NCBI GenBank assembly: GCA_964349585.1
Contig: CAYGGX010000001.1
Coordinates: forward strand, 11,688 to 75,687
Source of the DNA: an uncultured Actinotalea sp.
Lineage (GTDB): Bacteria > Actinomycetota > Actinomycetes > Actinomycetales > Cellulomonadaceae
Length of the DNA stretch: 64,000 nt
Reading direction: 5' to 3'
Shown here: positions 9,807 through 18,993 of the stretch, piece after piece
Layout: the number at the start of each line of letters is the position of its first letter
Position numbering within the stretch: position 1 is the first letter of the stretch
Translations under genes and position numbers: made by a program
The notes under the pieces: generated by a model
Databases searched by the model: none
What the model was told of the DNA's origin: nothing
What the model saw: the letters and a program-made list of their open reading frames with translations, nothing else

Positions 9807-11165
9807 TCAGCGATCCGGGCGCATGATGGCGAGCATCTCGTCCCGCGGCACGACCTTGATCCGCTCCCGGCCCTGCGGCTCGCCGAGCGCCCGCTCATGG
9901 GCGTCGAGGACCATCCAGCCGGACCACTCGACGGGCCGCACCCCCCGCTCGGCCAGGAAGGCGAGCACCGCAGGGGGGTCGCGCTCGGGGGCCGGTGGCA
10001 GTGCCTCGGCATCGGCCACCAGGTTGCGGATCGTCTCGGTGGCGTCGGACTTGGTGTGCCCGATCAGCCCGACCGGCCCGCGCTTGATCCAGCCCGTTGC
10101 GTACACCCCGGCCAGCTGCTCGCCGTCGGCGTCGACCACCCGACCCTCCCGGTTGGGTACCACGCCGGCGACGTCGTCGAACGGCACGCCCGGCAGCGGG
10201 GACCCGAAGTAGCCGACCGCGCGGTAGACGGCCTGCACGTCCCAGTCGTGCATCTGCCCGGTCCCGGCCACCGAACCGTCCCCCGTCAGGACGGTGCGCT
10301 CGGTGCGCAGGCCGGTCACCCGCTCGTCGCCCAGAACCGCGACCGGCCGGTGCAGGAAGTGCAGGTGGATCCGCCGGCTCGCGGTCAGCTCCTCGGGCTC
10401 CCTTAGCGTCCAGTCCGTGAGGGTCTTGACCACCTGCTTGGTCTGGTTGGACGAGTGGATCGCGGCCATCGACCCCGCATCGAACTCGAAGTCCTCGGGG
10501 TACACGACCACGTCGACGTCCCGCAGCTTGCCGAGGTCGCGCAGCTCGAGGGTGCTGAACTTCGCTTGCGCGGGCCCGCGCCGGGCGAACACGTGCACGT
10601 CCGTCACCGGGTTGGACGCCAGCGTCTTGTAGACGTGGTCCGGGATCTCCGTGGTCAGCAGGTCGTCCGCGTGCTTGGCCAGCATCCGCGCGACGTCGAG
10701 CGCGACGTTGCCCGCGCCGATCACTGCCACCTGCCGCGCCTCAAGCGGCCAGGTGTCCGGCACGTCGGGGTGCCCGTCGTACCAGGAGACGAAGTCGGCG
10801 GCACCCATCGAGCCGGGCAGGTCGACGCCCGGGATCGCGAGGCTGGCGTCCCGGATGGCACCGGTGGAGAAGACGACGGCGTCGTAGAAGCGCCGCAGGT
10901 CGTCGATCGTCACGTCCGTGCCGTAGTCGACGTTGGCGAGCAGCCGGATGTCGCCACGCTCGAGGATCTTGTGCAGCGCGACGATGATCTGCTTGATCCG
11001 CGGGTGATCCGGGGCGACGCCGTAGCGCACCAGGCCGAAGGGGACCGGCAGCCGCTCGAGGAGATCGATCGCGACCGGCAGGCCCGACTTGGACAGGATG
11101 TCGGCCGCGTAGATGCCGGCCGGACCGGCCCCGACGACGGCGACGCGCAGTGGTGTGCTGCTCAC
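9807..11165 (-). CDS. Ferredoxin/flavodoxin-NADP+ reductase (FprA/adrenodoxin reductase-like)
   Basis: GAGPAG, PFGLVRYGVAPDH, GAGNVALDVAR, FARRGPAQ, GWIKRGPVG motifs. Confidence 0.9.
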   Translation of the reverse strand: MSSTPLRVAVVGAGPAGIYAADILSKSGLPVAIDLLERLPVPFGLVRYGVAPDHPRIKQIIVALHKILERGDIRLLANVDYGTDVTIDDLRRFYDAVVFSTGAIRDASLAIPGVDLPGSMGAADFVSWYDGHPDVPDTWPLEARQVAVIGAGNVALDVARMLAKHADDLLTTEIPDHVYKTLASNPVTDVHVFARRGPAQAKFSTLELRDLGKLRDVDVVVYPEDFEFDAGSMAAIHSSNQTKQVVKTLTDWTLREPEELTASRRIHLHFLHRPVAVLGDERVTGLRTERTVLTGDGSVAGTGQMHDWDVQAVYRAVGYFGSPLPGVPFDDVAGVVPNREGRVVDADGEQLAGVYATGWIKRGPVGLIGHTKSDATETIRNLVADAEALPPAPERDPPAVLAFLAERGVRPVEWSGWMVLDAHERALGEPQGRERIKVVPRDEMLAIMRPDR

Positions 11166-11279
11166 GGGTGGTGGAAACCTTCCGAATGCGGCAGGGGCTC
11201 GGAACTACCCCGCGGTCACTGGATCAAGTGTAGGCGGGCAAGCGGAGCGTTCCCGTGACTCGGGCGCTAGGTTCGCCGG

Positions 11280-12221
11280 GTGACCTCGCCCGACCCGCAT
11301 GGCGTGCCCGCGCGGCTGAGCCGCCGCGGGCTGGCGTTCGGCACCTCGGCCTATCTGCTCTGGGGCCTGCTCCCGCTGTACTTCCCCCTCCTCGCCCCGG
11401 CCGGCCTGGTGGAGATCATCGCCCACCGCGTCGTGTGGTCGCTGGTGTTCTGCCTGCTCGTGCTTGCCGTCACCGGGGGCCTCGGCACGCTCCGCGCGGT
11501 CCTGGCCTCGCGGCGCACGACGATGGCCCTTGCCGTTGCGGGACTGCTGGTGGCCACCAACTGGCTGGTCTACGTCCACGGCGTGCTCTCCGGTCACACC
11601 ATCGACGCGGCGCTCGGCTACTACATCAACCCGCTGGTGACAGTGGTCCTCGCCGTGCTGGCGCTCGGCGAACGGCTCCGTCGGGCCCAGTGGTTCGCCG
11701 TCGGGCTCGGCGGTCTCGCCGTGACCGTGATCACCGTCGGGGTGGGGCGCCCGCCCTGGATCGCCCTGGTTCTGGCGGTCACCTTCGCGTGCTACGGGCT
11801 GCTGAAGAACCGGGCCGGGCGAACCGTCGGCGCCGTGACAAGCCTGACCGTCGAGACGGCCACCGTGACCCCGATCGCGCTCGCCTACCTGATCTGGCTG
11901 GGCACGACGGGCGCACTGAGCTTCACCGCCGACGGCCCGCTGCACATGACCGCCCTGGCGGCGCTCGGCGTGATCACCGCGGTCCCGCTGCTCCTGTTCG
12001 GCGGCGCCGCGCGGCGCCTCCCGTTGAGCGTCGTAGGACTTCTTCAGTACCTCACGCCGACCATGCAGTTCCTCGTCGCGCTCCTGGTGTTCGGCGAGGA
12101 GATGCCCGCCGCGCGCTGGGCGGGTTTCGGACTGGTCTGGCTCGCCCTGGTCGTGCTGACGCTTGACGGCCTGCGGGCGGGCCGCGCCATCCCCCGCCGG
12201 TCCCGCCCGACGTCGCGGTAG
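11280..12221 (+). CDS. rarD: EamA-family transporter RarD
   Basis: AYLLWGLLPLYF, AALGYYINPLV, GLLQYLTPTMQF motifs; TAGGTT 6 nt before GTG. Confidence 0.92.
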   Translation: MTSPDPHGVPARLSRRGLAFGTSAYLLWGLLPLYFPLLAPAGLVEIIAHRVVWSLVFCLLVLAVTGGLGTLRAVLASRRTTMALAVAGLLVATNWLVYVHGVLSGHTIDAALGYYINPLVTVVLAVLALGERLRRAQWFAVGLGGLAVTVITVGVGRPPWIALVLAVTFACYGLLKNRAGRTVGAVTSLTVETATVTPIALAYLIWLGTTGALSFTADGPLHMTALAALGVITAVPLLLFGGAARRLPLSVVGLLQYLTPTMQFLVALLVFGEEMPAARWAGFGLVWLALVVLTLDGLRAGRAIPRRSRPTSR

Positions 12222-12296
12222 CGACGCGATCCGGGGCGCTGACCGGCGTCGGGCTCGCTCTTCGACGGATGACCCGGAGCGACTAACCTGCACGCC

Positions 12297-12995
12297 ATGA
12301 ACGTGCCAGGCTCAGGGCGCAGGGCGGCGCGACCCGCCCGGTTGCCGGCGGCGAGGTCGCCGGCGGCGATCCGCGCCGTCCGTGCCGTCGGCAGCGCGAT
12401 GACGGCAGCGGCGTGGATCCGCAAGCCGGTGAAGCCACGGATGAGCCGCCGCCGGGCACACCTGGTCGCCGGAGTGCTCGGTGTCATCACGCTGACGATG
12501 GGGGCCGGCTCCGCCGCCGCCTGGATCCGGACCACGCCCCCCGTTCCGCCGCCGGAGCGCACGGTTCTGGGGCCGGTCTCGATCCATTTGCCGGACGACG
12601 TCGGACCCTGGTCCGCGGCTCCGGACGAGCGACTTGACCGGCTGCGGGCCAGCAGCGCCCTGGTCGTTGTGGAGGTCGACGGGGCGTGGGGCGTGGTCGC
12701 CCCGGGAGCGGTCGTGGTGACCGTGATGACCGCCGGGCTGCCGGTCACCGGCGGCGGCGAGGAGCTGCTGCCCGAGCTGCCCAACGACGGCTGGGCGAGC
12801 TGGACGAGTGGCCGCGGCCGACACGTCGTCGGCTCCGGGGTGACGAACGGAACCCGCTCGCTGACGCTCGCGCTCGTGGGCGACGAGATGGTGATCCTCG
12901 ACGTGTCGGGACCGGTTGCCGCATTCGACTCGGGGAGCCTCAGGGCGGCCTTCGAGGGCGCGGTCGTCGAGTCCGTGGCCGCCGACACGGCCTGA
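12297..12995 (+). CDS. Hypothetical membrane-anchored/exported protein
   Basis: One hydrophobic segment (LVAGVLGVITLTMGAGSAAAW); TAACCT 7 nt before ATG; start uncertain; no recognisable family. Confidence 0.6.
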   Translation: MNVPGSGRRAARPARLPAARSPAAIRAVRAVGSAMTAAAWIRKPVKPRMSRRRAHLVAGVLGVITLTMGAGSAAAWIRTTPPVPPPERTVLGPVSIHLPDDVGPWSAAPDERLDRLRASSALVVVEVDGAWGVVAPGAVVVTVMTAGLPVTGGGEELLPELPNDGWASWTSGRGRHVVGSGVTNGTRSLTLALVGDEMVILDVSGPVAAFDSGSLRAAFEGAVVESVAADTA

Positions 12996-13127
12996 TCCCG
13001 GCCCCGAGGTCGCGCTCCGATCGGCTGCGCCGGGCGGGCGGCGGGCCGCGGCTCGCACCCCGGGAGCCCGTGCGGCAGCCCTCGAACTGGCCCCAACTCG
13101 TTACTCAAACGTTACGTCTTCCCTGTG

Positions 13128-13143
13128 ATGTTACCGCTAACAT
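13128..13143. promoter_or_regulatory. Candidate LacI-family operator ATGTTACCGCTAACAT
   Basis: Near-perfect 16-bp palindrome (one mismatch from ATGTTAGCGCTAACAT) overlapping a TAACAT -10-like hexamer upstream of the ABC operon. Confidence 0.65.
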
Positions 13144-13225
13144 CCATCCCACGGGCCGCGGCGGTTCCGCGGGAGGCAGCACCCCAACCGGCATCCGTCC
13201 GGACCAGAACGAGGAGGTTTTGGGT

Positions 13226-14224
13226 ATGAGGAAGCACTTCATGTCGACCCTGGCGATTGCGGGGGTCACCGCCCTCGCACTCGCCGGCTGTAGTGGAGAC
13301 TCCACCAATGACGACGCCCCCCCTGCTGACAATGGCGGGTCGTCCAGCGAGCTCATTACGGTCGGCTTCGCGCAGACCGGCTCCGAGAGCGGTTGGCGTT
13401 CGGCCAACACCGAGTCGATGCGTGAGGCATTCTCTGAGGCGAACGGCTTCAACCTGATCTTCAACGCGGCGGACAACGACCCCGCAGCGCAGATCTCCGC
13501 AGTCCGCAGCTTCATCAACCAGGGCGTCGACGCAATCGTCATCGCCCCGATCGTCGAAGACGGCTGGGACGACGTTCTTCAGGAGGCGAAGGACGCCGGT
13601 ATCCCGGTCATCCTTGAGGACCGCACGGTCACCGCTTCCGAGGACCTGTACGCAACCTGGGTCGGCCTCGACTTCACCCGCGAGGGCGAGATGGCCGGCG
13701 AGTGGGCAGCCGAGCAGTTCGGCGACACCCCCACCCGCATGGTCGTCCTTGAGGGCACCGTCGGTTCCGCTCCGGCCAACAACCGGGCGGATGGCTTCAA
13801 CTCGGCCATCGAGGGTACAGCGATCGAGACCATCGACTCGCAGAGCGGCGACTTCACCCGCGATGGCGGCAAGGCCGTCATGGAGGGCTTCATCGCCAAC
13901 TACGGCATCGACGGCATCGACCTGCTCTACGCGCACAACGACGACATGGGGCTCGGTGCCATCGAGGCGATCGAGGCCGCGGGCGGCGTCCCCGGTGAGG
14001 ACATCATCATCATCACCATCGACGCGGTGCACGACGGCATGGCCGCCCTGATCGAGGGCAAGATCAACTACATCGTGCAGTGCAACCCGCTGCTCGGTGA
14101 GCTTGCTGCCGGCCTCGTGAAGGACGTGCTGGCCGGCAAGCCCGTCGAGAAGAAGTACTACGTCGAGGACCTCGCCTTCACCCCGGAGACGGCCGCAGAG
14201 GTGTTCGACACCTGGCCGTACTGA
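13226..14224 (+). CDS. Sugar ABC transporter substrate-binding lipoprotein (YtfQ-like)
   Basis: Lipobox LAGC; VGFAQTGSESGWRSANT and LYAHNDDMGLGAIEAI typical of YtfQ-type proteins; GAGGAGG RBS. Confidence 0.9.
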   Translation: MRKHFMSTLAIAGVTALALAGCSGDSTNDDAPPADNGGSSSELITVGFAQTGSESGWRSANTESMREAFSEANGFNLIFNAADNDPAAQISAVRSFINQGVDAIVIAPIVEDGWDDVLQEAKDAGIPVILEDRTVTASEDLYATWVGLDFTREGEMAGEWAAEQFGDTPTRMVVLEGTVGSAPANNRADGFNSAIEGTAIETIDSQSGDFTRDGGKAVMEGFIANYGIDGIDLLYAHNDDMGLGAIEAIEAAGGVPGEDIIIITIDAVHDGMAALIEGKINYIVQCNPLLGELAAGLVKDVLAGKPVEKKYYVEDLAFTPETAAEVFDTWPY

Positions 14225-14278
14225 TCCTCTCGGTGAGAGCGCACTGATCCAGTGCAACTGAAGTAAGGTCAGATCGCT

Positions 14279-14312
14279 CCACCGGGGATCGGCTCGTGCC
14301 GGTCCCCGGTGG
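14279..14312 (+). other. Intercistronic stem-loop after the substrate-binding gene
   Basis: 15-bp stem CCACCGGGGATCGGC/GCCGGTCCCCGGTGG with a TCGT loop. Confidence 0.65.
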
Positions 14313-14347
14313 GGCGAACACCCCCGCGAGAAGGAACACCAAAAACC

Positions 14348-15883
14348 ATGGCCGTGGACACCGACGTCCCCGCTCTCGTCGAGATGCGAGACATCACAAT
14401 TCAATTCCCCGGGGTGCTCGCGCTCGATCGAGTCGACTTCTCCCTTCGCGCCGGTGAGATCCACGCCTTGATGGGCGAGAACGGCGCGGGCAAGTCCACC
14501 CTCATCAAGGCCCTCACCGGTGTCTACAAGATCGACAGCGGCAGCATCAAGATCGGGGGCCGGGACAAGCAGTTCCACTCCACGGCCGACGCTCAGAGCG
14601 CTGGAATCTCGACGGTTTACCAGGAGATCAATCTCTGCACGAACCTCTCCGTCGGCGAGAACGTCATGCTCGGCCATGAGCCGCGGCGTCTCGGCCGGAT
14701 CAACTGGAAGTCCGCGCACCGGGAGGCGTCGCGTCACCTCGAGGGCATGAACCTGCATCTGGACACGCACTCGTTGCTCTCCAGCCACCCGATCGCCATC
14801 CAGCAACTCGTCGCGATCAGCCGGGCGATGGTGCTCGACGCGAAGGTGCTCATCCTCGACGAGCCCACATCGAGCCTCGACCGAGGCGAGGTCGAGCAGC
14901 TCTTCGGCGTGCTGCGCGGACTCCGCGACAAGGGCGTCGCCATCCTCTTCGTGAGCCACTTCCTCGAGCAGGTGTACGAGATCGCGGATCGCATCACGGT
15001 CCTTCGCGACGGGCAGCTGGTCGGTGAGTACCTCGTCGACGAGCTCCCCCGCGACGTGCTCGTGACCAAGATGATCGGCCGTGAGATCGTCGAGCTCGCC
15101 GCGATCTCAACCACCGCCGCGCGCGAGATCGACCGGACCGGCGCGCCCGTCCTGCGCGCCAGGGACCTCGGCCGCCGGGGCTCGGTCCAGCCGGCTGACG
15201 TAGACGTCTACGCGGGTGAGGTCGTCGGCATGGCCGGCCTCCTGGGCTCCGGGCGCACCGAGCTTGCCCGGCTCCTGTACGGGGCGGACAAGCCCGACAC
15301 GGGTCAGATCGAGGCGAATGGCGAACCGACAAAGCTGACCAACCCGCGACACGCGATCGAGCATCAGATCGCCTTCTCGAGTGAGAACCGGCGTGATGAG
15401 GGAATCGTCGCCGACCTCACGATGGCCGAGAACATCATGTTCGGGATCCAGGCCCAGCGCGGCTGGCGCAAGGTGAAGAAGTCCGAGCAGGACTCGATCG
15501 TCGCGGACTTCATCGCGGCTCTCGACATCCGGCCGACCGACCCGTCCATCCCGGCGGGCAACCTCTCCGGCGGGAACCAGCAGAAGGTGCTCCTGGCGCG
15601 TTGGCTCGCGACGGCGCCCAAGCTCCTCGTGCTCGACGAGCCCACCCGGGGCATCGACGTGGGCGCGAAGGCTGACATCCAGCGCAAGGTCGCCGAGCTC
15701 GCGGCGCAGGGACTGTCCGTAGTCTTCATCTCCTCGGAGCTCGAGGAGGTGCTCCGCATCGCGCAGCGCGTAATCGTGATGCGGGATCGCCAGAAGATCG
15801 GCGAGGTGGACCCGCACGGCCTCGACGTGGAAGGCCTCGTCGACTACATCGCAAACACCGAAGTGGGGAGCGTGGCACGGTGA
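14348..15883 (+). CDS. Sugar ABC transporter ATP-binding protein, two NBDs (YtfR-like)
   Basis: GENGAGKST Walker [32 protein letters not shown]. Confidence 0.95.
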   Translation: MAVDTDVPALVEMRDITIQFPGVLALDRVDFSLRAGEIHALMGENGAGKSTLIKALTGVYKIDSGSIKIGGRDKQFHSTADAQSAGISTVYQEINLCTNLSVGENVMLGHEPRRLGRINWKSAHREASRHLEGMNLHLDTHSLLSSHPIAIQQLVAISRAMVLDAKVLILDEPTSSLDRGEVEQLFGVLRGLRDKGVAILFVSHFLEQVYEIADRITVLRDGQLVGEYLVDELPRDVLVTKMIGREIVELAAISTTAAREIDRTGAPVLRARDLGRRGSVQPADVDVYAGEVVGMAGLLGSGRTELARLLYGADKPDTGQIEANGEPTKLTNPRHAIEHQIAFSSENRRDEGIVADLTMAENIMFGIQAQRGWRKVKKSEQDSIVADFIAALDIRPTDPSIPAGNLSGGNQQKVLLARWLATAPKLLVLDEPTRGIDVGAKADIQRKVAELAAQGLSVVFISSELEEVLRIAQRVIVMRDRQKIGEVDPHGLDVEGLVDYIANTEVGSVAR

Positions 15884-16929
15884 GAATCCTCAGGCACCGG
15901 CTGTTCTGGCCCGCTGCGGCCCTCATCACGCTGATCATCATCAACACCCTCTCCAACCCGAACTTCGCGCGGATCACGGTGCGGGACGGTCAGCTCTACG
16001 GCAACCTCATCGACATCCTGCGGCAGAGCGCCCCGCTGATGCTCGTCGCCCTCGGCATGACGCTCGTCATCGCCACCCGCGGCATCGACCTCTCGGTGGG
16101 TGCGATCATGGCGGTCTCCGGCGCGGTCGCCCTGACGATCATCGACAACTCACCGAACCCCGGCAGCCTCAGCACCGTCCTCATCGCGGTCGTCACTGCG
16201 CTGCTCGTCTCCCTGGTCCTCGGCGTGTGGAACGGGTTCCTGGTGTCGGTGCTCGGGATCCAACCGATCATCGCGACGTTGGTCCTGATGCTCGCCGGCC
16301 GGGGAGCCGCGCTCCTCGTCACCGGTGGCTTCATCACGACGGTGAACAGCCCGCCGTACAAGCACATCGCGGCCGGATACCTGCTGTTCCTGCCGTTCGC
16401 CATCGTGATCTGGCTCGTCGCCGTCGCCCTCGTGGGCCTGGTCGAGCGCCGGACAGCGCTGGGCGTGCTCACGGAGGCCGTTGGCATCAACCCGGAGGCG
16501 AGCCGGCTCGCCGGCGTCCGCTCCCGCAGCATCACCTGGAGCGTCTACATCGCCAGCGGCTTTCTCTCGGGTATCGCCGGAGTCATCTACGCCTCGAACA
16601 TCATGGCGGCGGACGCGATCAACGCCGGCTACCTGATCGAGCTGTACGCCATCCTGGCGGTGGTCCTGGGCGGCACGTCGCTGATGGGCGGCAAGTTCTC
16701 CATCGCGGGCACCGTGATCGGCGTGCTCACCGTCGGGGCGCTCCGGTCGACCATCCTGTTCTTCGGGGTGCCGTCGGCGCAGGCCCCCGTCGTCTTCGCG
16801 GTGGTCGTGATCATCGTGGTGCTGATCCAGTCCCCGCTCGTGCACCGCCTGGCGGCGCGGGTCAGCGCCCGGACGCGCCAGCAGTCCGACAGCACTCCCA
16901 CCCCGAACCTGACGGAGACCGCATCATGA
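15880..16929 (+). CDS. Sugar ABC transporter permease (YtfT-like)
   Basis: ATRGIDLSVGA, IQPIIATL, AVGINPEASRLAG, IELYAILAVVLGGT. Confidence 0.92.
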   Translation: MRILRHRLFWPAAALITLIIINTLSNPNFARITVRDGQLYGNLIDILRQSAPLMLVALGMTLVIATRGIDLSVGAIMAVSGAVALTIIDNSPNPGSLSTVLIAVVTALLVSLVLGVWNGFLVSVLGIQPIIATLVLMLAGRGAALLVTGGFITTVNSPPYKHIAAGYLLFLPFAIVIWLVAVALVGLVERRTALGVLTEAVGINPEASRLAGVRSRSITWSVYIASGFLSGIAGVIYASNIMAADAINAGYLIELYAILAVVLGGTSLMGGKFSIAGTVIGVLTVGALRSTILFFGVPSAQAPVVFAVVVIIVVLIQSPLVHRLAARVSARTRQQSDSTPTPNLTETAS

Positions 16930-17948
16930 CCACGATCGAGGCCACCACACAGCGGCGCCGCATCGAGGTCGGCGGCATGCTGCGGACGTTCACCTCCCGG
17001 CACGCGTCGGCCCTGCCGACGCTCACCGCGGTCGTCGTGCTGTTCCTCGTGCTGATCGGTGCCGAGTCTGAGTTCAACAACTTCATGACGGGTCGAAACC
17101 TGTCGTCGCTGCTCCTCGACAATGCCCACCTGCTGGTGCTCGCCGTCGGGATGACGTTCGTCATCGTGACGGCGGGGATCGACCTGTCCGTTGGCTCCGT
17201 GATGGCGTTCACGGGCATCGTCGGGGCAAGCCTGGTGACCAGCGGGGTGTCGGCGGGGATCGCCATCCCGGTCATGCTCCTCGGCGGAATGGCGATCGGC
17301 CTCCTGCTCGGCATCCTGGTGCAGTACTTCAACGTCCAGCCGTTCATCGCCACCCTCGCGGGGATGTTCCTCGCGCGAGGGCTGACCTTCGTGGTGAGCC
17401 AGCAGTCCATCCGTGTGGAGGACCCGTCGATCCTGTGGCTGCAGACCCAGCGGTTCCGACTCGGCGACTGGTACATCACCCCCACCGGGATCATCGCCCT
17501 GACGATGGTGGCGATCGGTGCCTACGTGATGGCGTTCACCCGGTTCGGCCGCACCGTGTACGCGATCGGCGCCAAGGGCGAGTCCGCCCGGCTGATGGGC
17601 CTAAAGGTGGCCCGCACCACGGTGCTCGTGTACGTGATCAGCGGGTTCTGCGGCGGCCTTGCCGGCCTGATCCTGACGGCCTACTCGGGCGCCGGCTACC
17701 CCCGCTACGGTCTCGGTGCCGAGCTCGACGTGATCGCCATCGTCGTCATCGGCGGCACGCTGCTGAGCGGTGGCCGCGGTTACGTCCTCGGTTCGCTGGT
17801 CGGCCTGTTCGTCTTCGCCACGATCCGGCAGGTGATCTCGTTCATGGGCGCCGAGCAGTCCTGGCAGAACATCATCGTCGGGATCCTGCTGCTGCTCTTC
17901 ATCGTGGTGCAGCGCGTGATCGTCGCGCGGACCGCTCGAAGCGGTTGA
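16926..17948 (+). CDS. Sugar ABC transporter permease (YjfF-like)
   Basis: TAGIDLSVGSV, TRFGRTVYAIG, ELDVIAIVVIGGTLLSGGRG; ATG 16926 overlaps the upstream stop. Confidence 0.92.
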   Translation: MTTIEATTQRRRIEVGGMLRTFTSRHASALPTLTAVVVLFLVLIGAESEFNNFMTGRNLSSLLLDNAHLLVLAVGMTFVIVTAGIDLSVGSVMAFTGIVGASLVTSGVSAGIAIPVMLLGGMAIGLLLGILVQYFNVQPFIATLAGMFLARGLTFVVSQQSIRVEDPSILWLQTQRFRLGDWYITPTGIIALTMVAIGAYVMAFTRFGRTVYAIGAKGESARLMGLKVARTTVLVYVISGFCGGLAGLILTAYSGAGYPRYGLGAELDVIAIVVIGGTLLSGGRGYVLGSLVGLFVFATIRQVISFMGAEQSWQNIIVGILLLLFIVVQRVIVARTARSG

Positions 17949-17974
17949 CGGCAGAGCTCGGCCGGTAGCCCCGA

Positions 17975-18006
17975 GTGCACCGGTCCGCTCAGGCGGACCG
18001 GTGCAC
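17975..18006. terminator. Perfect 14-bp inverted repeat between convergent genes
   Basis: GTGCACCGGTCCGC-TCAG-GCGGACCGGTGCAC; one arm is the last codons of the polyprenyl synthase gene. Confidence 0.7.
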
Positions 18007-18993
18007 GAGTGCCTGGGTGAAGTCGATGAGCGCCCGCTTCACGGGGCCGTCGGGCACCGGGCCCAGGGCGTCGATCGCCCGGTCCGCCCAGTGCGCCGCC
18101 TGCACCCGCGTCGCCTCGACGACGTCGTGCCCGCCGAGCTCGGCGACCGCGCGGTCCAGTGCGTGGTCCTCCGACAGATCGGAGTCGAGGAGTGCCAACA
18201 ACCTCCGGTCGGACTCCGACCCGTCGCCTGCGCCGACCCGACGACGCAGCAGCAGCGCCGGCATCGTGGGCACCTGGTCCCGCAGGTCGATGCCCGGGGT
18301 CTTGCCGGTGACGCTCCGGTCCGAGGCGAGATCGATGACGTCATCGGCCAGCTGGAAGGCGACGCCCGCCGCCTCCCCGTACCGGGTCAGCGCGTCCTGC
18401 ACCTCCGGCCCGCAGCCGGCGAACATCGCACCGAAGCGCGCCGAGGTGGCCAGCAGCGACGCCGTCTTGTCCGAGAGCACCTGGAGGTAGTGGTCGACCG
18501 GGTCCGCGCCCTCGGGGGGGCCGACCGTCTCGTGCAGCTGGCCGAGGCACAGCCGCTCGAAGGTGGCGGCGAGGATCCTGATCGCCTCCGGCCCCAGCCC
18601 GGCCGCGATCGCCGAGGCCCGCGCGAACACCAGGTCACCGGTGATGACCGCCACCCGGTTGCCCCACACCTCGTGCGCGGACGGCGCCCCCCGCCGCACC
18701 GGCGCGGAGTCCATCACGTCGTCGTGGTAGAGGGTGGCGAGGTGGGTCAGCTCGACCACGACGGCGGCGTCGACGACCTCCGGCCGGTCGCCGTCCCCGA
18801 GCTCGGCGCAGAGCAGCGTGAGCAGCGGCCGGAGCCGCTTGCCACCCGCCTCCACGAGGTGCCGGGAGGTGGCCCCGGCGAGCTCGTCGGAGTGCGCCAC
18901 CGCATCCAGCAGCCGCCGCTCGACGACGGCCAGGCGCCCGCTGAGCCGCTCCGCGAGCCGCGGGTCAGCCTTCGGCAGCGGCGTGGGCGTCAC
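17989..18993 (-). CDS. Polyprenyl diphosphate synthase (HepT/GrcC-like, menaquinone side chain)
   Basis: GGKRLRP, HDDVMD (FARM), DKTASL, FQLADDVID (SARM); GTG overlaps the nuoN stop. Confidence 0.93.
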   Translation of the reverse strand: MTPTPLPKADPRLAERLSGRLAVVERRLLDAVAHSDELAGATSRHLVEAGGKRLRPLLTLLCAELGDGDRPEVVDAAVVVELTHLATLYHDDVMDSAPVRRGAPSAHEVWGNRVAVITGDLVFARASAIAAGLGPEAIRILAATFERLCLGQLHETVGPPEGADPVDHYLQVLSDKTASLLATSARFGAMFAGCGPEVQDALTRYGEAAGVAFQLADDVIDLASDRSVTGKTPGIDLRDQVPTMPALLLRRRVGAGDGSESDRRLLALLDSDLSEDHALDRAVAELGGHDVVEATRVQAAHWADRAIDALGPVPDGPVKRALIDFTQALVHRSA

